The notes under the pieces: model-generated
The model's input: the letters and a program-made list of their open reading frames with translations, nothing else
Told to the model about the DNA's origin: nothing
Database searches by the model: none
Assembly: GCF_009914755.1 (NCBI RefSeq)
Contig: NC_060932.1
From: the human T2T-CHM13v2.0 reference genome, Homo sapiens
Reading direction: 5' to 3' (one strand)
Length of the DNA stretch: 64,000 nt
Made by a program: the position numbers and the translations under genes
Shown here: piece after piece, positions 42,098 to 57,510 of the stretch
Position numbering within the stretch: position 1 is the first letter of the stretch
How the letters are laid out: each line of letters starts with the position of its first letter

Positions 42098-42395
42098 GGC
42101 CAGGAGCGTGGCTCATGCCTGTAATCCCAACTCTTTGGGAGGCCGAAGTGAGCAGATCACATGAGGTTGGGAGTTCGAGACCAGCATGACCAACACGGAG
42201 AAACCCCATGGTTTCTCTACTAAAAATACAAAAATTAGCTGGGCGTGGTGGCACATGACTGTAATCCCAGCTACTTGGGAGGCCGAGGCAGGAGAATCGC
42301 TTGAACCTGGGAGGCAGAGGCTACAGTGAGCTCAGATCATGCCATTGCACTCCAGCCTGGGCAACAAAAGTGAAACTCCGTCTCAAAAAAAAAAG
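42098..42395 (+). mobile_element. AluSp-like SINE inserted in the tail of the preceding Alu
   Basis: Diagnostic gggagttcgaga, gaccaacacggagaaacc, aaagtgaaactcc. Confidence 0.92.
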
Positions 42396-42429
42396 ACGAA
42401 TAAATAAAAGAAAATATACATAATATTAT

Positions 42430-43436
<1,007 letters not shown>

Positions 43437-44729
43437 TGGTTTATACAATTTTATTTGGGTAATATGACGAGAATATCACTAGTTATCATTTTGATATCAA
43501 TAATGGTGAAGCCATCTTTCATGACTCCATGGTTGAACTTCATCATAGAGCTTGTAATAGAGTTAGACTCAGAAATATTAAACTTATGAGTACCTAGAAG
43601 AAGGAACAACTCAAAGAGCAAGGATACTGTAATGGACTCTAAAAAGGAAAGCTTCTCAGTGTACATGTTGATGGCTTCTCTTTAGACCACAGTCTTAGGC
43701 ATTTTGATTTCCAATTACAATAAAATGTAATTTTATAAATTTATTTATAAATAAAATGTCAATGAGGTCAGAAGACTGAGCATTACAGGGACAATTAAAA
43801 TACTAAATGGCTAATGCCAATAGGGTTAATTTTATAAAGCCTTGCAAAAATTGATTAGTCCTTAATGCGGGAGACACCCCTTCTAGGAATTAATGGTCTA
43901 TTGAGGGTGTGAGGAAGAATAAGCAAATTTGAGCTTTTCTAATTCATACTTAATTTCATGATAAAATCATCCCATACCTAGCATCTAAAAATACAAATTC
44001 AGAAATAGAGTTTGTGTTAGGTTTTAATTATTTTATCTCAAATTAACTCCATGCCTAAGCAAATAATAAGAGCTTTTAATGCATAAATGTTTGCCAAACT
44101 GTTAACTTCTTTTATATTCTGTCTCATTCAACACATAATAAATATTTATTGTGTGTTGTGTACACTTCTCTGAACAACTTGCAATTAATTTATTGCTAGA
44201 CTAAACAAATTATTTTGACTCATAGTTAATCCTTAAATTATTAAACATATTGTTTCTAAATGATATATATAATTTATATTTATAATTAAATGTATTCCAA
44301 AGGAGAGAGATAGCAAACAGAATACTGTTAATATTTCTAATAGGCACTTTTCTTTTCTACAAACATTGTTTGAAGATAAATGAGTTCAGCATAATTTGTA
44401 TTCTCTGTTTTAACATTTGAGAATCTCATTTAAGTAAACCAAAGTCTTAAAAGTAAGTGAAAAAATTTGAAGTGATTTTAGAAATCATATTCTCTTTCAA
44501 ATAAATTACTGTAGGTCTCTATTTCTGCATAAAACATTCCACATAAAACATTCTTTTGAATGCAGGGCTGACACGTATGATTACACAGTTTATAAACTAC
44601 ACAAAAGGATAGGACCAAATGAGATGTTTGGGGGCTGAAATCCCCCAAACCTCTGCTAGTCCAAGCCCTATAGGAGATACTGGCTAAAATCTGGATAAAA
44701 ATTCATAAATGAGCCAGGTAGCCTAGAGA

Positions 44730-45050
44730 TGGTCCTGATTTAATACATTTTTGTACTTTACAGAATTATTGCAAGTATAGTACATACATATAATTTTTTT
44801 CATGAACCGTTTTGAGGTTAAGTAGCCAACTAGGTACTCGTTCACTTTGTAATAATTTAGTGTCCCTTTGCTATAATCTGGGACATCCTCCTATGTAACT
44901 ACTATACCATACAAGCAGAAAAGTATACATTGCTCACCACCAGCAAATCCTCAGACTCCACCCAAGTTTCACTAAATGTCCCCAGAATGCTAAGATTTGC
45001 ACATTGTCTTTAGTGGTCATGTCTCTTTTGTCTCCTTCACTCTAGGACAA
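44730..45050 (-). mobile_element. L1MC4/5-type 3' UTR fragment
   Basis: ggacatcctcctatgtaac...aaatgtcccca...cacattgtctttagtggtcatgtctctt. Confidence 0.6.
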
Positions 45051-46151
45051 AGCAAATTCGACTCTCCCAAGTGGCATCAGCCTTACCCTGAGAAATCCTG
45101 TGACGGTATTCCTGCATTCCTTCCCATCCTAAGGGAGCTCTGATGTCTCATGCCAGTTGGTTTCTGCTCATGGATGTCCTTCTCTGTTAGAGAAACCAAC
45201 TGGCATGAGACATCAGAGCTTTGCTACTACACAACCCCACACCCACAAATACTGCATGGTTACCTTGCTTCCTATGTTTGGGCCTTAACAGCCTGTGCTA
45301 AGAAAACTCCCACATGGACAGTTTCTTTACCTCACCACACCCCTTCCAAATTGTTCCAGGCATAGATATGCTTACCTTCTCCTGTGCAACCTAACAGCTT
45401 TAAAACGGACTTGTTCAGAAGGAAATGGATGGGGGGAATAAAAGGAATGATAAACTTTTGTATATTTGTTTAAGTTACTGCAGTGGGTCACGTTAGTTAT
45501 ACTCTGCATTTTATGACACATTATCATCCAAAGCAAAGCCTCATCTTGTTTTATTTATTTTTAATGTGTTTGATAACATGTTTATATGTCAATTTGTTTA
45601 CCTATATTATATTGAATGATATATTTAAATTTTATTACAAATTATGTATTTCATCATTTTTTATTGGCCCCACTCCTTCCTAGAGTTTTAAAAAATATTG
45701 TCTTTTCTATTTTACATAACCAATAGTTTGCACTTTGAAATCTGTTTTTGATACTCAAAATTTTCTCTCTATTGGCTTGGGAGTTCACTCATTTGTTCTT
45801 TTCTAATAGTGATTATTCTTAAAAATGTACAATGTATGTATATCAAAGTATAATGTTATATCTTAACCTTCTTTCCAAATAACTTTTTAGAATTCTTAAC
45901 TTTGATTCTCCATCCAAATTTATTGATGGAGAAAATTTATTGGCTATTTTTCTTTATTTTTATCCATTTAACCATTCCAAGTACCAATGATGATTATTAC
46001 TGTATGTTATTATAAACATTGCTGTCACACCAAAAAGAATTTCAGTTTATCTTTACACAGTATTTTAATAATTTCTCTGTGCTGTATTTCTTTTTGCATC
46101 CCAAATTTGTCTTCTGGGATCATTTTCCTTCAACCTATACATGTTATTTAG

Positions 46152-46496
<345 letters not shown>

Positions 46497-46659
46497 TAAC
46501 TTTTCCTCTCAGGCTGACTTATGAATTTCTATTTGCCTTTGGTGATCTCTGACTTCTAGATGTATCCAATCTCTAGATATATATCAATATGTCTAGATGT
46601 AGATTTAACTTTTTTGTGTGCTTGGTATAAAATGTTGAGAAGGTGGTTTTGATAATATT

Positions 46660-47840
46660 TAAAAGTCATTTTTGTTAAAAAATTGAAACATAGGGGTAAA
46701 AAATGTTTGAACTGATAAAGAACTACCTAATCCCTACACAAAAGTTAAGAAAAAAAAAAGGTAAAAAGGCATATTAATGATGATGTTAGAAACATTCCTT
46801 TAGGTCAAATATTTTTCACTTCCGACACAATGCAATAAATATTCAATAAGTATTCAAAATATTTTTCAATTCCTACAAATGCGATAAATCCAGGATAAAA
46901 ATATTATTAGAAGTAGAAAGGCAGGAAAATTGCCGTTTTCTTCCATCAATATCATTACTCCTGCTGGACACGAAAAGAATCTGCAGGCAGTCTGTTGGAA
47001 TTAAAAAGTTGTCAGCAATTTCATGGATTTATGATCCACAAAATAAGAAGTTTGTTACACATCAGTAAAACTCAATCAGAAAAAATATAATAATACAATG
47101 TATACAATTCACAATGGGAACAATAACAAAAAAGTACTTAGTAATAAACTGGTATAGCGTTCTTAGGGGAAAAACGTGAAATTTTATCCTTAAAATTTTA
47201 TAGAAGATTAAAAGGCTAAAACAAATTTTATACGGCAATTTCTATGAAAAAATAATAAGTAGAGAGAATTTGACTTTTCAAATATCAGAATAGATTTTGC
47301 AGTAATCATTAAAATAGGATGATGGTTCATGACATGCTGATTTACTACTGTACTTGAATACAGAACCCATAAATAAACTACTCATCACTATTCAGTTATC
47401 TACTCACATTGAAAGGCAATTATCCTTACCTCTGTCTGTGTAAAAATAAGTTACAGATAAATTAAAGATATAAAAACACGAATGTTGACAAAAATTTTGA
47501 AGAAAATGTAAAGAATATTTTTATATGTTTGTACAAAAATATTAGGGAGGGACTTTATGCATTTGTATAAAAAATACAGTAATATTTCCTGAACAAGTCA
47601 CAAAAAGCACTAATAAGAAAATAATTGACATCATTTATTATTTTAAAAACATAATCTTTCTACAATAAAACTCACTGAAACAAATATAGAAGATGATTCT
47701 CATATTGGAAAAATATATTTTAATGACAGTTGTTATAAGATTAATCTCTTCAGAAATAACCTCTTATAAATAAGAAAATTACAGCTATGGCAAAATAATA
47801 ATAGAACAAAAGATATGAATTGGCAGGTCACACAACAGCA
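46660..47840 (+). mobile_element. Ancient L1ME-type ORF2 remnant
   Basis: A-rich, colinear with old L1 ORF2 motifs; very diverged. Confidence 0.55.
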
Positions 47841-47844
47841 TATG

Positions 47845-48080
47845 TGAAGTGAGGATCCTGGGTTCTGAAACTATACATACTAAGTTCAAAAGCAATTCAA
47901 TCGCTTACTAATTACGTAACTTTAGGCAAAGTGCTTCTGTTAGGGCCCTCTTCACCAAAATGGAAGTGACAATACTATCTAACCTAGAGATTTGCTATGA
48001 GAACTAAATGGTTTATTACTTGCAAAAGTGTAGAACAGCAATTGGCACAAGGTGAAAATCTCAATAAATGGTCCTATTAG
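47845..48080 (+). mobile_element. MIR SINE
   Basis: gcttactaattacgtaactttaggcaa...aaaatggaagtgacaata...ctcaataaatgg. Confidence 0.75.
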
Positions 48081-49624
48081 TAAGCTGTGTGAGACAGGTC
48101 ACTAGATGCAGGCAACAGGAATAGACCTCATTGAACAGAATCAGTGCAGTTAAATGCAAAACTTTGGGAAGAATGGAACATTGAAGGAATAATATTATAG
48201 GAAAAATTATCCAAACAATACAAAAACATAGCATTCATGTTAAATTTGAAAATATATAGAACCATATTTTGTTGGAGTATGACTATATAATGAATACATT
48301 AAAAATGGTGGGAGAGATGACTTATCAACCTCGGGAAAGAAGTTACCTTAGGGAGAAAGATGGGATCAGCATGGAATAGGGATGAGCTTTAATGGTTTAT
48401 GTGGCATTATATTTATTTAAAAAAATAAAAGGACAAGTGGTAAATAAGTCAGAATGTCAACATTTGTTAAAATAATGTAAACATGAATGTTTATTATTCA
48501 CTAAAATAATCTGTATGTTTTAAATATTTCATAATTTCAAGATTTTTTAAACATGCTCAATGCAGAGCATTATTTTTTCATGCTTGTCAGAAATATTCCT
48601 GCTTTATTTTATAGTTATGTGTGTACATATTTTGACTCTCTTACTAAATATAATTCCTTGACAACACAAGCAATTTTTTTTCTAAAATATCATTCCATAA
48701 CTCAGATGACAGTGTTTGATACACAAAAAGAATACAATAAAAGTTTGATAAATGAATGAGTGAATGTTTTACTGGGCACTTTGGCATTTAAAATTTTCAG
48801 TACACATGTCTGTAAATAATTTACAGAAACACCTACAAAGAACCTTCCTTATTTATTCTAAAAATAGAAAACAACCCCACAAATATTTTTCATTATGAAA
48901 TATCTACTTAAAATATTCACAGGAAAAGAATTATTTGTGTAGCTCCAAATGATTTCCCATACTTTTCCTTCAATTGCTTTTTTTATTTTAAAATAAAGTT
49001 TTAAAAAATTTATTCATTAAAATTTATATTATACTTTGTTACATTTTGACTTTCATAAAATCAGTCCTAGTAATATAGATAAATGCTGAGAAGTTTTTCA
49101 ACCTCAACTGAGTATCCAGGAGTACTTGGAGGGAAATAAATTAGAGGCTGACAACAATGAAAGGGTTTTTAATTCTTTAGTGAATAATTTGTGTTTTCCT
49201 CTCAACAAAAGCAAAGAATGCAGTGTGTTTCCCACAGGGTCAGATGGTTAATTATTTTAGGCTCAAAAATATTCTTTCGTTATTTTATTTTAGTTTAAGT
49301 TTATTCATGCAAGTCATTTTTTTCTCTCATGATAGAATAAAGTAAAACTAATCAAAATGAGAAAGGTCTTTCAAGATAAAACAGAGCAAAATCAAGGGTT
49401 ACTCTTGGAAAATAAAAATGGTGCTCTAGGTTGGCGACACACACACGCTTAGTTTAATGAGACCCAAAGCAATCTGATCTGACCTGAACATTTGTTTGAG
49501 GAACGAAGATCTAAGAGAGTTCTTTACTATTTTACATTGGGGTGTGTGTTCTTTTTCAGGTCAAAATGTGTGAAATACTGTTAGAGCCTCCAATAAGAAT
49601 TTAAGCCCTTGTCTCTAAAGAAAG

Positions 49625-49765
49625 ACAAACAAACTGGATCTAAGGCTATAAGGTGGAAGAGAAAAAGGACTATGTGTATTTGCTTCACTACTATGTGTCT
49701 AGTGCTTTACACAGTGTTGACACATTGCAGGTTATTGATAAATACTTGGTGAATAAATAAAGAAT
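49625..49765 (+). mobile_element. L2 3' end
   Basis: cacagtgttgacacattgcagg...gataaatacttggtgaataaataaa. Confidence 0.65.
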
Positions 49766-50339
49766 GATATATCCAGAAAGGTAACTTCAAAGCACTATGA
49801 ATAGAGAATAAAGAGTATCCAATTCTTTCTCTGTGGTTGTCAAGAAGTGACATTAAACCGAGGGTGAATTTGACCTCGGTTTAATTCAATTTGAGAAGAC
49901 TGAGTATTCTGCTTTGGAGAAAATGCCAATCAATTCAATTGTATGGACCAGTCATAGGAACTTGGCAACCCCTTACACACACACACAGGCATCCACAGGG
50001 TGGACACTAACCCCAAGATCAGGCAATCAAATCCATCTTGGCAAACCGACCCTAATAAAGTGAAACTGTCATCCAGAAAATGATTTTTTGACTTATAGAA
50101 ATTTATGTTTTGGTAAACTCAAATATGGATTTGTAGCAGAGAAAAGATGTGACAGCATCACCAGAAATTCAAACTAGCCAGTTATATCTCCCTGTTTGAT
50201 ACTATGCAATATGAGAGTTTAAAATTAGGACCTTGTGTTAGGTTTTCCTAATGAAATGATTCACATCTTAAAAGTCCCCTTTGCTTCTATCATCTCACAG
50301 AATCTTTAAAACCCTTCATGAAGAAGTTGTAACATCTTT

Positions 50340-50835
50340 CAATACATCATCTCCCTTTTTTTAATCCAACAACCTTTATTTGCACTGTGGAAATAGACTC
50401 TCAACAACCTTCTTTCAGGATTCCAACCGTCCTACTCCAAATTCTATCCTCTTTAGCACTACTATATTGCCACAATGCAAATTTTATCAAATTCTTTAAT
50501 AACTACGCATTGACTATAAGATAAATTCCAAATGGTTTAGGATGATATCATCTCTTAAACTCCTGTCATACAATCCAAGTTTCAAATACTATAAACTTTT
50601 TGAAATTTCACAAACATATCATGTTTTTGTTTAACTTTCCATTTTTGTATAGATTGTATTACTCTGCCTAGAACATGTATAATAATGTTTGTCACATGGC
50701 AGTGTAGTTGCTTACATGATTAACATGAATACTAGATAGGACAGCTTGAGTGGAAAATGATTCATATTTACCTTTCTAACACCTGAACATAACACAATGT
50801 CCAGTGAATAGTCGGTGCCTGATACATGTTTATAG
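50340..50835 (+). mobile_element. L2 LINE fragment
   Basis: cattgactataagataaattccaaa...actctgcctagaac...aacacaatgtccag..aatagtcggtgcc. Confidence 0.6.
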
Positions 50836-52849
50836 ATCATGGTTTATTTTCCATCATTATGAGATTCAGGAAGGTCATGTGATTAACTAAATACTTCATA
50901 GATTAAAAGATCAATATTAAAACACAGTTCTTATCATTCTTAGTTTGAAATTCTTTGAGTATACCTGTTTCCCAAACACCAACAGGGCAGAAGAATGTCT
51001 CAGAAATTAATGCATAAAGAACCAGCAGTAGATTCTCTGAACTTTCTCAAACTCAAGCCATTTGTCACTAAGGATCAGATAGAGGGGAGGATTGAATAAG
51101 TAAAATAATCAACTTCATGGCTGTTTGTATCCTCAGCTTCTTTCTAGCACCAGTTCAGTAAATTCTGTATTGTGAACAAATGAAGTGAAATTGAATTTTT
51201 TTCTAGTTAGCTTTTCATCCTATAGATGAGTAGTGCCTCAATAAATGACTGTCAGCTTATTTCTGCCTGAGCAACCATCTTTATTCTTTCCTTAGCGCAT
51301 TTCTCTCTTCTTATAAGTGGGTATTTTAGGACTTGCAAACTTAATTTTTATGTCCTATATGATATCTGAATGCTGATATTCTTGCTACGTTTCTTGCTTT
51401 ATGAATTCAGTGAAATGGCCTGGATTGAACTTCCATTGAAATACATTTTAATTATTTCCAGATTCTTTGGATCAGGAGATCTTCAACTTTTGGCTTTTTT
51501 GGGATTCAATTTTGTCTTTGGCAACTTTCTGTGGACTTTGATCTTCAGGGTTTCTCTTAGATGCTATTTTCTTCATTATCATTTTGTGCTCAAAAGAAAT
51601 AAAAAAAACAACCTGGCAAAGAATAACTAAAGCATATCTTCATTTTAATTTTGTAACAACTTCTGAACTGTGAAAATGAAAATATATTCAATTCACTTGT
51701 TGACAACAAGCTGACCAATAAAGGCATTTATGTAACTAAGTCTAAACATTTAAGAAATGTCTACATTTATAGATGATGGCACAATTATTAAAATATCCAA
51801 TACATGTCATGGCACAAGATAATAGAATTTACTACAGAAAGTTACAAGAGAAGGAGCTTTTTGGGGATGCTTATTAAAATAAACGTGGTATTTCAGCAAT
51901 GTGTGAATAGGGAATATTACTAAAAGGGTAAATGAATAAGAAAAGGAAGAGAATAGATGGTTTCTAATATTCTTTTCTGCCCTGAAATATTATAATTCTA
52001 TGACAATGATACCCATGATTGGTTCTCAATTAATATTTGACTGTTTACTTCCATATAGCTGTATATGTATAAAATAAACAACAAACACATATATACTCAA
52101 AGATGTCTAATAGGTGTGCAGATAATATATTTAAAAATGAATTTACCACCCAAGGCCATAACACCTAAAGTGTGTAATAAGCGTGTTTTCAGGAAGGTGT
52201 GAACCTGGAGTATTATTACTGTTTTCTCAAATAATTTGTATATAAATATGGAAGCAGAGGAAATGATGGAGTCTCACAAAAGTGGCCTAGAAATCCAAGA
52301 GAAAGAAATTAAGTATTTTCTTAGGTGAAGTGAAAATGATTTGTGCAAAAAGGAGAATTTAAGAGCTGTGCAGCAAGAATGATAATTAAATGTGAGTTGA
52401 CTTTGTACTTGGAGTCTAGTAACTCCTTTAATATCAGGTGAGAATGTCAATATTGTCAATATGGATTATAGTTAGAGACATCAGTGTGAACTCATGTGTA
52501 TCTTAATACAGATGGTTTCATATAGAAATATTTATAGACATGTACATATAAACATGTTAGTGTATATATAGGTTAGTATATGCATACACAATTATTTGTT
52601 CTGTCAGCTGAGAGGGCCTAAAAGAAATGACACCCCAGTAGCCATGAGCATAACTAGTACCCAACTATTGATCTATTGATATTTAATGCTATTCTCCAAT
52701 AAAACATACCAAGGTGACTTGGAGAAACTGCAGATTCTAGGAGTAGAATAGGCAATGATTCTACTAGTAGAATAGGCAAGAGCCAGGAGCATCTTGTATT
52801 TAATTATAAGAAAGTTATAAGAAATTATAATTACAAGAAAGTGGATTTT

Positions 52850-53757
52850 ACCAGAATTAACAAGGAACTTAAACAAATTTACAAGAGAAAAACAAACAAC
52901 CCCATTAAAAAGTGGGTGAAGGATATGAACAGGCACTTCTCAAAATAAGACATTTATGCAGCCAACAAACATATGAAAGAAAGCTCATCATCATTGGTCA
53001 TTAGAGAAATGCAAATCAAAACCATAATGAGACACCATCTCACACCAGTTAGAATGGTGATCATTAAAAAGTCAAGAAACAACAGATGCTGGCAAGGCTG
53101 TGGAGAAATAGGAATGCTTTTACACTGTTAGTGGAAGTGTAAATTAGTTCAACCATTGTGGAAGACAATGTGGTGATTCCTCAAGGATCTAGAACCAGAA
53201 ATACCATTTGACCCAGCAATACCATTACTGACTATATACCGAAAGGATTATACATCATGCTACTATAAAGACATATGCACACGTATGTTTATTGCAACAC
53301 TATTTACAATAGTAAAGACTTGAAACCAACCCAAATGCCCATCAATGATAGATTGGAAAAAGAAAACATGGCACATGTCCACCATTGAATACTGTGCAGC
53401 CATAAAAAAAATAAGTTTATGTCCTTTGCAGGGGCATGTATAAAGCTGGAAACCATCATTCTCAGCAAACTAACACAGAAACAGAAAACCAAACACCACA
53501 TGTTCCCACTCATTAAGTGGGAGTTGAACAATGAGAACACAGGGACACATGGAGGGGAACATCACATAAGGGGGCCTGTCAGGCGGTGTGGGGCCAGGGG
53601 AGGGAGAGCATTAGGACAAACACCCAATGCATGTGGGGCTTAAAACCTAGATGATGGGTTGATAGGTGCAATAAACCACCATGGCACATGTATACCTATG
53701 TAACAAAACTGTACATTCTGCATATGTATCCCAGAACTTAAAATAAAAAAAAAGAAG
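52850..53757 (+). mobile_element. 5'-truncated L1PA8-like LINE
   Basis: L1 ORF2 end and 3' UTR (gcattaggacaaa...ggggcttaaaacctagatga); A tail; 15-bp TSD aagaaagtggatttt (52835-52849 / 53758-53772). Confidence 0.93.
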
Positions 53758-54499
53758 AAGAAAGTGGATTTTTAAAATCTTACAATGCAGGGATATCCTA
53801 AAATGACATAAGAACTAACCAAAAGAGGTCCCAATAGCCAAAACTAAAACAATTTGAGAAACTAAATAACAATAGTATTGAATTATAACCCAAAGTGTAA
53901 AGTAAATGGTCATGAGTACATGCTTATATAAAGGAATAATTAAATAAATAAATAATAAGCAAAGGAGAATAAACAAATTCTAAATGTTTTACGTAGATAA
54001 TCCTCTTAGAAGGATAACTCCTCACTCCTTAAGTGTGGGCTATGCATAGTGACTGTTTTCCAAAGATTAGAGTAGGGAAAAGGAGGAAAGAATAACTTTA
54101 CAGTAGAGAAACCTGAGAAACCTTACCTCAGCCTGGTGATCAAGGTCAACATCAACAGTGATAAAGTCTTGTTAATAGTATGAACCCTTGAAATGACTTG
54201 ATGAGAAGGGTATTTTACCTCTGTGGTCTTCTTCCCGCTAACATAATTCCCAGTCTAATCATGAGGAAAACACTAGGCAAATCCCAAATGAGGGACATTC
54301 TACAAAATATCTGACCAATATTCCTCAAAACCATCACAGTAATAAAAAACAAGAAAAGTGTGAGAAAATGTCATAGCCAAGAGGAGCCCAGGAGAAATGA
54401 TGGCTAAATGTAAGATGAAATCCTTTATGGAACCCGGGGACAGTAAGAAGCTATCAGGTTAAAGCCAATGAAATATGAATAAAGTATAGACATTATTTA

Positions 54500-54630
54500 A
54501 TTTTATTTTTTACTTAATTTTTTAAAGAGAGGGGGTCTTGCCCTGCCGCCTAGACCTCCTGGGCTCAAGAGACACCTGCCTCAGCCTCCCAAAGTGTTGG
54601 GATTACAGCCCTGGGCCACAGCATGCAGCC
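54500..54630 (-). mobile_element. FLAM/AluJ left-monomer fragment
   Basis: ctcctgggctcaag..cctgcctcagcctcccaaagtgttgggattaca. Confidence 0.8.
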
Positions 54631-55202
54631 TGAATTTTATTTAATAATAACAAATCATTTTTAATTTGGTAATTGTAATAAAAATGCCTTACTAATGCAA
54701 ACTGTTAATGAAAGGGGAAATTGAGTGTTAGATATATGGGAATGTTCCATACTATCTTTGTGTTTTTTCTGTATATCAATAACTGTTACTAAATAAAATG
54801 TTTATAAAATGCACATGCGAATATATTAAAGTAAAAAAAAATGGAACTTACATGTTTCTGCTGGTGTTAGTAGAATTATCACAACACATAATGTTGGCTT
54901 TTATATTATTACCCCCACTGCCTGACAGCCCCAAACCCCTCACTTCCACTCTGGTCAGACAAATCACTAGGGACTTTTTAAACTGGACATCTGTAATTTG
55001 CTGCTAATAAAAGGATTTGATAATAAACAAAATTTTTTAAAGTTGGTTTGGAGACAAGGTATATATTTACAGTAGCATAGAAAATTCACAGCTGAGCAGA
55101 GTCTTGAAGGTGTAATGTCTTTGAACAACCAACAGGCAGTTATAACTCAGCAAAGGATGTAACAACCATTAGCAAGACAGAAATGAGAGATGGGAAAGCA
55201 GT

Positions 55203-55403
55203 ATTTTTTTTTTCTTGGACTATTTTATTCTATTATTTTATTTCATTTTATTTTATTTTTTGAGTCAGGCTCTCTTGTCACCTAGGCTGTAATGCAGTGG
55301 TGCAATCGTAGCTCACTGCCACCTCAAACCTCTGGGCACAATTGATCCTCCTGCCTTAGCCTCCCAAGTAGCTGGGACTACAGGCATGCACCAGCACACC
55401 GAG
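55203..55403 (-). mobile_element. FRAM/AluJ right monomer
   Basis: Single right arm with (TTTTA)n; degenerate TSD aagcagtatttt / aagcagcaatttt. Confidence 0.85.
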
Positions 55404-55545
55404 AAGGAAGCAGCAATTTTAAAAAAGCAAAACATACCCCTTACTCTTTACCAGAAGAGAAGTTGTTTCATAACCTAAAAGTGATGAGAAATAATGGAGG
55501 ATGGTTTATAGCAGGAATACTTGTTCTGAATGACTTGGAGGGAAA

Positions 55546-55572
55546 GTGTGTGTGTATATGTGTGTGTGTGTG
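55546..55572. repeat. (TG)n microsatellite
   Basis: Direct inspection. Confidence 0.85.
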
Positions 55573-56267
55573 TTTGTTAGTTTTTGTGAGGTAGGGGAGA
55601 CTATTTTTGTGGTTCAGTCACTCCAATTATTGCCACAATGCACTTTCCTTCAGAACTGCCTAACCAGTATGGCACAGTAGGAAAAGCTACAGATGTATGT
55701 GCTAAGATGATGCATCCCAATTCTTCAGCTCTTGTGGTCATAGAAAGGCCTAGACTTCCAGGCAAGTCTCCTTTGTCCCAAGCATCCTCTTCTTTGACTC
55801 TACTGATACATACAAAGGCCATAATTTCTATGCATGCCCTCTGTGGAAAGGCTGAAGGTCTTTTGGAAACACCAGTCACTCAGAACAAGAAGGTTTGTAG
55901 TCTGAACATGCTTTTGTAATAGTTTCATGCTGAGGAACATTGTCCTTTGAGACAATTAACTTAATGTTTTATCAGTTAATAGAAGACCTGGGTTTTGCAA
56001 AGGACATATAGTGTGAAAACGGACGGCAATATTGAGATTTTATCAGATATTTGCTAATTATATCTTAAGCTCAAGACAAATTTCAATTCATATATAGTTA
56101 TGATATAATGTTTGTTATGAACACAAATAAAAGGAATGAAATAACTTTTATTTTAGTCTTATATAGCCTAACCTCGCTTTGTGTTATACTACTAATTTGA
56201 TTGAGTCAAATTAGAATCTACACCAAAAAGTTCTTGCTTTGGGATAAAACACAGTAGACACCATAAG

Positions 56268-56291
56268 GTCTCTCTCTGTCTCTCTCTCTAA

Positions 56292-56322
<31 letters not shown>

Positions 56323-56348
56323 GTGAGTGTGTGTGTGTGTGTGTGTGT
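56268..56348. repeat. Compound (TC)n(TG)n microsatellite
   Basis: Direct inspection. Confidence 0.9.
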
Positions 56349-57032
56349 TTCTCCAGCCTAGCTGTCTAGCTGTTCCTTACCTAAATATGCTGTGCTATAT
56401 GTCCACATGGTTTTGGGCACCTTGCTCTGCTCATCTAGGTTAAACATCCAACACCTGAAAATACGTACCAAATAACTCCAAAACTGGGATTAACTGTGGA
56501 GTTTGTATTTCAGGGATATTATAAAATGCATTCTATGAAGTTCAGGTTAACCAAAAAGATTACCCAGTGGTTCTTGGATTCTGAAATAAACATACAATAG
56601 ACTAGACAGAAATTGTCAGCCTGCCATTATAATACTGGCTGTTAACAACCACAATTAAGGCAGACTGCATATCAATGATTATTTGTCTGGAACATCAACT
56701 TCCCTAAGCATAAAAGGAAGTGAGGCAGCCTGCATTGCTGTCGCCTCTCTTCAGCTAATCAGTACTGTTTTTAATGGCTTCATCTGCCCAGGATCAATTG
56801 TCTAATAGGAACAGTGCTCTGTCAGTTAATAAGGTGAGGAACTGCAGAATGTGATTATGTCTGGCTCCAAAATACTGCTTCAAACACGCTAAAGCAATCA
56901 TGTGAATAGACCAAGGCAGTACTTTTTGTCTAATTCTTGTGCAAACATAGCGTTGTAGTAACATTTATGGAACAAAAAAAGAAAAAAAGTTTGAGAAAGA
57001 AAAAAATGGGAGGTTTAAAGACAAACACAAGA

Positions 57033-57033
<1 letters not shown>

Positions 57034-57078
<45 letters not shown>
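57034..57078. repeat. (CA)n microsatellite
   Basis: Pure run of about 22 units. Confidence 0.95.
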
Positions 57079-57081
<3 letters not shown>

Positions 57082-57510
57082 CTGGAAACCTCAATTAAGG
57101 AAATAAAGGAGCCAGCAGCATTGTAAAGTGGTATTTAAGGAGAATTACCATAATGAATGTTGATGCAATGATAAAACCTGTTTTCCAAAAATGCTTTGTG
57201 CAAAAATAAACTTATGTGGTTGTCCTGACTGGAACATAAACTATGCTCATTTTCCAGTCACAAAATGCAACTCAGTGAAGAAATGGGCACTGGGGATATT
57301 TATTTGTACTCAATTGGCTTTTAGCATCTATTATCAGATTTATATAACACCTCTGATTTGAGTACATGTGCTAAATAATAGACTGCCCAGTAAAGACTTA
57401 TCTGAAAATATAGTTTATGCTATACTTTTTAAGCTAATATAAGACTGGGCTCATGGAATAAACCCAAACAAATTGAGACAAATGTTAGAAAGAAGTCATT
57501 ATCTTGAGAA

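Larger units (their letters stand above)
52470..54800 (+). mobile_element. L1MD/MC-type 3' UTR (interrupted by L1PA8 and a FLAM)
   Basis: gtcagctgagagggcctaaaagaaatgacaccccagtagc...ttaagtgtgggctatgcatagtgact...aggtcaacatcaacagtgataa. Confidence 0.8.

Noticed and set aside
43451-43666. Open frames next to an Alu
   Set aside because: No recognisable homology
55601-55919. 92/93 aa antiparallel ORFs in unique DNA
   Set aside because: No recognisable family and no clear splice context; length is compatible with chance
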